From the NCBI GenBank assembly GCA_000002445.1, contig CM000207.1, positions 384,001 through 448,000 on the forward strand: 64,000 nucleotides of DNA. Direction: 5' to 3'. Source of the stretch: Trypanosoma brucei (taxonomy: Eukaryota). Position numbers and translations under genes: made by a program. Positions 43,213 to 51,980 of this stretch are shown here, piece after piece. Below the pieces are notes generated by a model. The model saw only the letters and a program-made list of their open reading frames with translations. It was not told where the DNA came from and did no database searches. Within the stretch, counting starts at the first letter, position 1. Each line of letters opens with the position of its first letter.

Positions 43213-44436
43213 CTAGTGTAGACCGTACCCACTCTCAGTTACCATTTTAATGTTGTGCTGGCGGAAAAAATTCATGTAATTCCAGAACTCGTATGGGTTT
43301 ATGGCATAATAAACCTGGTGATCTCTGACGTCAGCAAAATGGACATTCCTTAAGGCGGGTCTTACACGACCCATATCCATCATGAATTTGAATTTGTAGT
43401 ACCAGTCTTGTTTCCGTAGCAACCCAGGAACAAATACTAAGCTGTGCACTCCATTAAGATTCCGTATCTTGTCCTGCGGACGATCCAATGGCCTGAAGGG
43501 TGTGCCAGACCGTCCCAGGATCGCAGTGACACTGATTGCCACATCTTTATGCTCCATAACAGTACGTAGAGCAACATATGCTCCATTCCCCTTCCCAAAT
43601 AAATGAACTCTTCCGTGCTCAACATTGAAATTTTCCACAATCCAATCACAGAATCGAGCGACTATAGCCTCCACTGGAATTTGAAAATTGTGCTTAATAT
43701 TGATCACTGGGGCAACGACAACCCACTTTTGCTCCGTCATTAACTGTCGATGCACCGGCCTTTCAAAGAAATTGGCACACACATCCTCAAAATCTCTTGC
43801 AACACCTCGGTGGTCTGGGAGGACAACCATGTATGGGCACTGGTCCGTTTTTGACCAACCAGAGGGAACAATCATGCTAAAAACCATCGGAGAGGGGTCT
43901 TCGTCTGGACTGAAGGCACTGTGATCAACACAATCAGCCTGTCCTTCAACGAGGGCTAAACCGGTGCTCATCGGATATAAGGCACGCAACTCGTACTCAT
44001 TAGGAATTCGCGTATTTTTTGGAAGTCTGCGGAAAGATGTCTCGTTCGGGACATAGCTCACCTCCGGCTGAGGAACCCGAACAACCTTACGCCGACCACG
44101 GTCGCTAACGGAATCAGAGGTTGCATCTTTTCTCTTAGAACCGATGTATGGTCCCTCCTGGGAGAAAAGGTACTTCAGTTGGTTCATCTCAACAAAAACA
44201 TTTTCCTTCTCTGATACGGGGTGGACATCGCCTAATTTAATTCCCCCATGTTTGTCCTCATATATTTGATTAGGAATGTTAACCTCGCTGATAACGACAG
44301 CCTCACGGACAGATGAGTCTTTCAGAGAATCCTCGCCAACAGGATCTACATTTTCTACGCAACTTGTCCGCAACAGGCGCACGTGCATGAGCAAACTTTG
44401 CCTAATACAGCTTCTCGCACATAGCCTACGATACAT
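43213..44436 (-). CDS. alpha/beta-hydrolase-fold-like protein (~407 aa) whose nucleophile-elbow position is not Ser; possible N-terminal mitochondrial presequence (MYRRLCARSCIRQSLLMHVRLLR)
   Basis: Esterase-like order of motifs: PYMVVLPDHRG ... WVVVAPV ... RVHLFGKGNGAYVA (G-x-S-x-G elbow reading G-K-G-N-G) ... VAISVTAILG ... HSLVFVPGLL. The track start at 44547 is TTG and runs through a CA-rich microsatellite, and the first ATG is at 44434-44436. Confidence 0.5.
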   Translation of the reverse strand: MYRRLCARSCIRQSLLMHVRLLRTSCVENVDPVGEDSLKDSSVREAVVISEVNIPNQIYEDKHGGIKLGDVHPVSEKENVFVEMNQLKYLFSQEGPYIGSKRKDATSDSVSDRGRRKVVRVPQPEVSYVPNETSFRRLPKNTRIPNEYELRALYPMSTGLALVEGQADCVDHSAFSPDEDPSPMVFSMIVPSGWSKTDQCPYMVVLPDHRGVARDFEDVCANFFERPVHRQLMTEQKWVVVAPVINIKHNFQIPVEAIVARFCDWIVENFNVEHGRVHLFGKGNGAYVALRTVMEHKDVAISVTAILGRSGTPFRPLDRPQDKIRNLNGVHSLVFVPGLLRKQDWYYKFKFMMDMGRVRPALRNVHFADVRDHQVYYAINPYEFWNYMNFFRQHNIKMVTESGYGLH

Positions 44437-45131
44437 CTTCAAGGGCGTATGTGCGTGTGTGTATGTGTGTTTAAAAGCAAACAAAGAAGGTAATATCACG
44501 GACTTTCTATCAGGACAACTGGAGGGTGAGACAACAATTGAAAACAAATAGCAAAGTGCTTGAAGTCACCAAACGATATTAATTTCAAATGCGTTATAAA
44601 ACTAAGCTACCATAAAATTGAAGCATATCACCGTTTGAAATAAATCACTAATTACAAAGCCGTAGTTTACTACCCCCTGTCCTCATGTCCGGCAGGTGGT
44701 GTCAGTAACTATACAGCACTCTCAACAATGGAAACGAAAACAATGTTGCACACCTCCTAGCACAGTGGAAAAAACTACGGGCAAAAGTGGCTTCAAATTT
44801 TCGTGTGCAGTAAAACGAATGAAAAAATAGAGAGCACGTAACAACTTTCTCGTGTACGAGACCTCTTTCAGAATTTACGAATACCAAGAAGTACACTAGA
44901 TAACAGTTTTAGCTCGTACACTACGCTAATATAAAATAAAGTGGCACAAAGGAGAAACCCGGGATGCTCCGGCACAAGTGGTTCAAAAACATAGCATAAA
45001 CAAATAAGGGTTACCTAACCGACAAGGGCGCTGAGGCAATAATGGAATTTAAAAACATTCTGAATGTAGTTACACACATACCAGCTACACCATCAGGTCA
45101 AGGAACATAGTTTCGTTTTTTCCCGGCTTCG

Positions 45132-45953
45132 CTACTTCCAAGTTAAAGAATAAAGATCATGACGGACTCCACTCAGTATTGGAATCATGTTTCTTGTTGT
45201 TTTGACCATGTTTATGTCCAAATCCGCATCAAAATAAGTTTCTCCCTCATCAGCCATGGCAATTACCCTCCCCATTGGGTCCACAATTATCGAATGACCC
45301 CATGCCACGTACTCTCCCCCTGCATCACGAGCAGGGGAACACATGATAACAAACTGTTGGTTGTCCACAGCACGAGACTTGGCAGCGATTTCCCAGTGCG
45401 CTGGCCCAGTTACCATGTTAAACGCAGCGGGGTAAACCAGGAAAGAGGTTCCCTCCGCTGCGTACTTCCACGCCAAAAACGGAAACCGCACATCAAAACA
45501 TATACCAAGTCCGAACTTTACGTCGCCCTCGATAGTGACGGGTGTGGCGTCCGATCCCGCAGAGAGGACTTCTCCCTCATCCATTTTGAGTGTATCGGTA
45601 TTGATTCGAAAGAGGTGGACCTTGCGGTGGATATGCTTTAAGTCTCCTCTAGGGTCGAATACCATCGCCGAGTTAAACAGCTTCCCTTCCAACCTTTCCG
45701 GTATGCTCCCTGCAACAACCCAAACCGAGTTCTCCCTTGCTACTTTGGACATAGCATCAAATGTAGGAAACCCCGCTTGTACCTCCTCCGAATACTCCGC
45801 GAAGTACTTCGTCCCATATGGGCAATTGAAGCACTCGGGCAACACCACAAAGTCAGTACCGCGCTTCGCTGCAGCAGCAATCATTTCCACAGCTTTGCGA
45901 ATATTGGCTTCCTTGGACTTACCAACAGTCATCTGACACAAAGTAACGCGCAT
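45132..45953 (-). CDS. NIT2: nitrilase-superfamily omega-amidase (NIT2-like carbon-nitrogen hydrolase), 273 aa
   Basis: The Glu-Lys-Cys triad context is conserved: VVLPECFNCPYG (Glu), HRKVHLF (Lys), GLGICFDVRFP (Cys). The overall fold order matches Nit2/omega-amidase. ATG at 45951-45953 verified. Confidence 0.85.
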   Translation of the reverse strand: MRVTLCQMTVGKSKEANIRKAVEMIAAAAKRGTDFVVLPECFNCPYGTKYFAEYSEEVQAGFPTFDAMSKVARENSVWVVAGSIPERLEGKLFNSAMVFDPRGDLKHIHRKVHLFRINTDTLKMDEGEVLSAGSDATPVTIEGDVKFGLGICFDVRFPFLAWKYAAEGTSFLVYPAAFNMVTGPAHWEIAAKSRAVDNQQFVIMCSPARDAGGEYVAWGHSIIVDPMGRVIAMADEGETYFDADLDINMVKTTRNMIPILSGVRHDLYSLTWK

Positions 45954-46882
45954 TCTGACTTACCTCCCCCTTTAACTCCTAGTGGAACCAATATTTTGTG
46001 TTTGTCCTATTGTATTTCTAGTTTTTTCTTTTTTGTAATCGTATAAATTGATTTATCCCTTCGCAGTAACAAATGATGTCTGAAGCCCCTTTATTACCTC
46101 CTCTAACTGAAAGGTCCTTGAAAAGCTTAGACAAGATCGAAGAGGAATATTTTCCATTATAGTATCTACGGCGCTTCTCGAAGGAAGTCTCATCGAATTA
46201 TGCATTACAAAACAAACCAGAAAGTAAGCACAACAAATTCATTAGTCACATAGCACTTTATACAGGCAGCTGCGCATGTTACGCCAATGCAACCATACTT
46301 GATAACGGTGAAGGAAGAGCGGCTTCTCCACAAAAAACTCCAGGGTCGATCATACACAAGACCCCGTCCACGGTTCCACTGGGCCGGTTCGTCGTAAAGA
46401 CACTCGCTATTGCAGTGCAGAAAATATAAGATAACTTAAAGCAGCGGGCACACAATCACAGCAACAACGCCTTGTGTGCATAAAACCGGGGGGAAAAGCA
46501 GCGACGCAACGTTAATCTAGCGCATTCATGTAGCATTTTCTGCTGCTGACGCAAGCGTTCACGTAGCATTCCCCAGTGAACTTCCCTACTAGTCACTTTT
46601 GCAAAACAAAAAAATCGACACCACCTTGCAACTCCCAATAAATCACAAAACCGACTCAAATATTGCTCAAACACCACAAAGCCATCTTCGCGCAGTGCCA
46701 GGGTCCAGCACCCCGCCTCATCGGGGGAAGCCAAGAGTCAGCAGAGTTCCTTTCATGGGGAACACTGCTGTGCTCCGGCTACGGCATCATACAGCACAGG
46801 GATCAGCAGCGTCTTGCTGGGACACCGTTTTTTATTTGTCGATCCCTGGGCACGTGCCATCAGTAGTATCATCCGCACTAAG

Positions 46883-47473
46883 ATGCTGCTGTCCGGTGAT
46901 GTGGAAGAGAATCCCGGCCCGTCGTTTCGCGGGATGCAGTGGAACTGCGCCGGGCTATCTCAAGGAAAGAGATTAGCACTCCACAAAACCCTTGTTGATG
47001 AGCGGATTGCCTTTTGTCTGTTGAGCGAGACAAGGATGACGCCTGGAGAGGCGGCTTGCTTTAGCGTTGCTGGCTACCAACATCACGTAATAGCTCGTAA
47101 CTGCAAAGGAGGTGCTATATCAATACTAGTGAGGGAGGACCTGCCAGTCGAGACCGGTATGGTCGTCGTTGGTCGCATTGAACAAGTGCATGCAACAATT
47201 CACCTTGCACGTGGAACGGCGCTGACTGTCACGTCGGCACACATCCCACCAAAACACACCTTCACGGCAACTGACCTAGATACGCTTCTGACGACTGACG
47301 GTGCCCAGCTCATCGGTGCAGACGCTAACGCACACGCGTTGGCATGGGATCGCGCGAGCCCACCAAATACCAAGGGTGAAACCCTCACACAGTGGTGCAT
47401 TGACAACCAGTTTCTGGTCTGCAACACTGGTGAGTGCACAAGATACGCGCCACCACGGGGAGTCCACCCCTGA
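46883..47473 (+). pseudogene. retroelement ORF fragment carrying the N-terminal 2A peptide and an AP-endonuclease domain (frame A), terminated by a frameshift
   Basis: MLLSGDVEENPGPSFRGMQWNCAGLSQGKR...ISILVREDL...LTVTSAHIPP... is an endonuclease/exonuclease/phosphatase-fold sequence. The frame stops at 47473, while the continuation is in another frame opening at 47301. Confidence 0.8.
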
Positions 47474-49640
47474 TGTGACACTGTCAAGGAATTGTAGAGT
47501 GTACACGTGGATATCGCTGTATTCTCCCGATAGCGATCACCATCACATATTTTTCGACGTTATCGTTGGAGACGAAACAGATGCGCTGAGCTGCCCGCGG
47601 CCTCGAAAGCCCATGTACGCATGGCTAAAAGCTGACTGGAGGAATTTCCGTCTGAAGGTTGACGAGTACTGCAGGAAAATTGGTAGAAAGAAGAACGTCA
47701 ACACCCTGGAACAGAAATTGAGCTCCGCCATCCGCATTGCGACGAAGGTCTCCGTCCCCCGTGGCTGCAGAGCAACGCCACCACATTGGACACCTGCGCT
47801 CGCGAAACTCGATGAAGAGATCGCTGGATGCGGACCCTCCCACCGAAGGGAAAAGTTGGTAGCCACGCGTAAGCAGATCCTGGACCGTACCACAAAGAAG
47901 AGATGGAGCACGCTATGCTCCAGACTTGCGGTGTCAGACCGCTGCAGTTGGCACATTGTCAAGAAGGTATATGCACCACGACCACTAACCACACCGGCGG
48001 CGCTGGTTGATAACGCGGCCATCACGGACTACCGTCAAGCTGAGAGGTTCATTAAACTGTACTCGTCCCGCGCAAGAAGACACCCCGACTCACACCCACC
48101 GGCACCCATAAAGACGACAGCGAGTGAGTTCAGTCCCATCACGATGGCTGAACTACGGAGATCGATCAAACTGCTACCGAGTGGATCCGCAGCCGGACCT
48201 GATTGCTTATACAACGAGGCACTACAACATATCGGTAGAACAGCGCTGAATGTTGTTCTGAGGCTATTCAACGAGAGCCTACGAACGGGAGTCGTGCCGC
48301 CTGCATGGAAGACTGGTGTTATCATCCCCATCCTGAAGGCCGGAAAAAAGGCGGAGGACCTCAAATCTTACAGGCCTATGACACTCACGAGCTGTCTCTG
48401 CAAAGTCATGGAACGCATAATTGCCGCGAGGCTTAGAGACACTGTTGAGTCCCAGCTGACGCCGCAGCAATCAGGCTTTCGCCCCGGATGCTCAACGCTC
48501 GAACAACTCCTGCACGTCCGTGCTGCCCTCTGCCGTCCCACGCACCAATATCGTACGGGTGCTGTATTCGTCGACTACTCGAAGGCATTCGATACAGTAG
48601 ACCATGACAAAATTGCGAGGGAAATGCACAGAATGAAGGCATCACCCCACATTGTGAAGTGGTGCGTATCATTTCCGAGTAACCGAACTGGCAGAGTGAG
48701 ATTCAAGGAGAAGCTTTCCAGAAGCAGAACATTTGAGCGAGGAGTGCCACAAGGAACTGTCCTTGGCCCAATCATGTTCATTATTGTCATGAACTCGTTG
48801 AGCCAATGCCTTGCAGAAGTGCCGTTACTGCAGCACGGATTCTTTGCAGACGACCTAACGCTACTTGCGAGGCACACAGAGAGGGATGTCATCAACCACA
48901 CGCTACAATGCGGCCTAAACGTGGTGTTACAGTGGTCAAAAGAGTACTTCATGTCTATCAATGTAGCGAAAACAAAGTTCACACTCTTCGGGTGTATAGA
49001 GCGCCACCCCCTTACATTACAACTGGACGGCGAAAGAATAGGAGCTGACAGGACACCGAAGCTTCTAGGAGTAACATTCCAGTGTCTGCAAGGGATGGCA
49101 ACACATGCGACCGAAACGGGACGCAAGATGGACTTCAGACTACTGCAGATAGCGGCCATCTCAGCTTCTACATGGGGGCCAAGAAGACAAGTACTGAGAG
49201 CTTTTTATCTAGCACTCGTACAGGCACACACCATGTATGGCATTGAGGTATGGTACTGGTATGCTTGGAAACGAAGTCGCGACCTCCTTGCAGCAGCGCA
49301 ACACAAAGCCAGTCGCATCATAGCTGGCATACCGCATGGGACGCGCGAAGAGGACTCTCTGCTGGAAGAAAACCTCCTGCCACTCAAGACGACCACTCTT
49401 GTGCGCAGCATGAAATTCATGCTGATGTGTGAGTCACGAGGCGGATGTTTGCGCTGCAGTGCTGAGGAAGTATACCGCAGCAAACACCCAGTCAGAGCCC
49501 TACATTCCCGCAGCATGCGGTCCTACCCCCACCTCCGCATTGAGCCATGGAAACAACCACTTTGGCCGGCGGTTCTTCAATGTAACTGCAGGACGATATT
49601 TTACACATGGGACAAGCCCGTGGGCAACGGGCACCCCTGA
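47301..49640 (+). pseudogene. retroelement ORF fragment with the endonuclease C-terminus and a reverse-transcriptase domain (frame B)
   Basis: 779-aa frame with LINE-type RT motifs (PILKAGKK, FRPGCST, YSKAFDTVDH, FADDLTLLA). It is offset from the upstream endonuclease frame and truncated before the C-terminal RNaseH-like and zinc-finger region expected in intact ingi/L1Tc. Confidence 0.8.
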
Positions 49641-51248
49641 CGATATGAAAAAGGAAGCTTCTGAGAAATGTGTAAAAAGCAAACGCAAAAGACAAATGGA
49701 GGAGGGTTCATACGCCGAAAAAAATAGGGATATTCAATAAGATGGACTCAAAAGTTTCAACAGATGGTGAGTTTAGGCAGTTCGTCCGGCGCAGAAATGG
49801 TAATCTTCGGCAACATGGAAAAATACAGAATTAAAGGGATAGCGGAATATTGGGATGCAGTCATTGTGCGGAAGCAGTGCCAATGGAAAAGATGCTAAAC
49901 ACGGTACTGGACACAATGAAAGGCAGAGTCGCGTGGAGGATGGAATCCCGAGCCGCGTATGGAAGGGTGATTTTCACAGTCAGTTAAAAGAATGAGGTGA
50001 TTTCTATGCAGCTTATTTTCTTCCACCACGTTGTTTGGAAAGAGAGTGCAATATCAGATGAGATTACAGTCAAAAACAACTGCAGAAAGGCACACCTAAC
50101 GTGTAAAGTTGATATTTTGGTGGGAGACATGAAACAGAAGCGTAACAAAAGAACACGCTGCATTCGAAGCTGGATAAGGGCGAAACGCGCACAGCAGTCT
50201 TGGCGGCACTCAACTCGACCCGAGGAAGCTGCAACCCACCAGCATGGAGAAAATTATATCCGACTTGTTCCGTGCAGGTGCCCCCAAGCACCTTGTGCGA
50301 TTCCGAAGGACTACCGTTCCTAATAAGCAGGGGAACAAATGCGGATGCCACAGCATTCAAGAAGAAATTGAGAGAAAACGGCCCTACACATATCGAAAGA
50401 ACTAGGCGCAACGTGGCTATTCCTGAACTTAGAGGGAAGAATTCGGCTTCTGGTGACGTTGCCAGAGTGCAGTTTGATATGATAATGACGACATGCGGCG
50501 GACAACCACGCGGTAAAAAGGCACGATCATATGGTATTCTTCACTGATATGTTAAACGTGAAGTACACGGACAAACATGAGGGAGTAACCATATCAGGAA
50601 AGGTGAGCAGAAGGAAGCGGAGGGAATAAGAAGGTTAGCGCCGTGAAGGTGCAACGGTGCTTCCCTGGTGGCGGAAGAGTTGCTGGAAATATGGGCGGCG
50701 AAACCATCACATTGCGTCCAAACGTAATGCTAATGGGAGGGACTCCGTACGGCAAAGCAATGTGGGGAGGGGGACGGAATGCAGCAGCCATAAGAACGTT
50801 TACAGAAGAGGGAACGAGGATATTAACCGTGCCATTTGAACATCACACTCTATTGGCGTGTTTAAGTTCACGTCTCAAAAAGGTTGGTCTGGCGAGGCGC
50901 CTGTGATGAGTGCGCGGTTGCGGAGGGAAGTCCGCGACCATTAAAAAACCAGGGTCCCAAAGACCCTCCGGCGGTCCGCACAGAAAGTCAGCAGTACAAA
51001 CGCTAGGGAATAAAATAGGGCACGTGAGTGCAGGAGAGCAGCAGCTACGCTCGCACGTAAAACTGGCAGCGTTCCAACTGAAGCTCTACAGGTCGCTGAA
51101 CGGGCACAAAACCATCATCGCGGACAACGGAACGGAATCAAAGGAAAGGAGCTGTCCAATGACCTCTCGCCTTCTTTTGGCAACCATTCTCGACCCTACT
51201 CCACAGCAGTATCGCACTCTTGAACGGCGTCAAAGGTTCCCTGCCTAA
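49641..51248 (+). pseudogene. fragmented remnants of the retroelement C-terminal coding region (several short plus-strand ORFs in different frames)
   Basis: Plus-strand ORFs at 49997-50323, 50200-50547, 50643-50906 and 50910-51248 are broken by stops and frameshifts, consistent with a decayed ingi/L1Tc 3' half. Confidence 0.5.
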
Positions 51249-51980
51249 ATGAACGCGTTTTCAAGGTAATCGAAGGTTGTCCAGTGGCTTCGGGGGTGCA
51301 CGTGTGCGAAGCGGTCTTACTTGCTCGAGGTTTTGTATAATGAAGTGGTTTTCACTGTGATGGGGCACCGACGGCCGCACAGGTTAAGCGCCTAACTTGA
51401 AAAAGTATTTACTCTCTTTTTTTTTTTTTTGCATCAACCTTTACTAACTGTTGATTGCAATGCACTGCCGCCATTGAGCTACCTAATCGCACTGCTGTGC
51501 CGTGGTGGGGGATTTCCCCTCTCCGTGGTTGGTGCCTTTTTGTAAACATCAACAAACGGTAGTGGAGGTGGTGTTAGGGAGAAACGTACCAACAGTTTAC
51601 GAAGGGGTAAGGAGAGATGCAGTCAGCCGGGAACGACGATAGTGTCCGATCCGGTTCATGACTGAGGGAACGAGAGAACATGCGACACAGGACGCCCACT
51701 TCGCAATTTTTTTAAAAAATTGGTGCGTGTTTATAACTATAAGCAAAACACTTGTAATTGTTCACTCATGTGGGTGCGCACTACCCACATATCTGTCTAG
51801 GAAGAGGTAAAAGACGTGGGAAATATGATTTTCATGAAGCTGAATCTCGGTGGCGCTTGAGGACGGAAATCGCCTTCCCACCGCGGTTTGTAGACTGTAT
51901 GGCTTTTCCTCCCTTAGTAGCAATCGCTGCACACGTACACACACAAAAAAAAAAGGAACATTAGACCGAGAATCTTCCGA

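Larger units (their letters stand above)
46845..51954 (+). mobile_element. degenerate ingi/L1Tc-clade non-LTR (LINE) retrotransposon, about 5.1 kb, antisense to the surrounding transcription unit, with a 3' A10 tail
   Basis: The 5' end reads CCCTGGGCACGTGCCATCAGTAGTATCATCCGC..., which resembles the Pr77 hallmark shared by ingi/RIME/L1Tc. This runs straight into an ORF encoding the 2A-like DVEENPGP peptide (46898-46921). An APE-type endonuclease segment follows (...SDHHHIFFD...), then a reverse-transcriptase segment (...FRPGCSTLEQLL...VFVDYSKAFDTVDHDKIA...FADDLTLLA...). Multiple fragmented C-terminal ORFs follow. A10 sits at 51945-51954. The 3' boundary is approximate, and no target-site duplication could be confirmed. 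Confidence 0.85.

Noticed and set aside
46456-46734. 92-aa minus-strand ORF just upstream of the retroelement 5' end.
   Set aside because: It has no ATG-verified start in a coding-like context and no motifs. It is probably intergenic or 5'-flank sequence of the NIT2-like gene.
51409-51432. T14 run considered as a possible retroelement poly(A) tail.
   Set aside because: It is poly(T) on the element's sense (plus) strand, so it is on the wrong strand for a 3' tail. The A10 at 51945-51954 fits better.
46833-51966. Target-site duplication flanking the retroelement (tttatttgtcgat at the 5' side versus ggaacattagac after the A-tail).
   Set aside because: There is no matching direct repeat on the two sides, so a target-site duplication cannot be claimed. 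The element boundaries therefore remain approximate.
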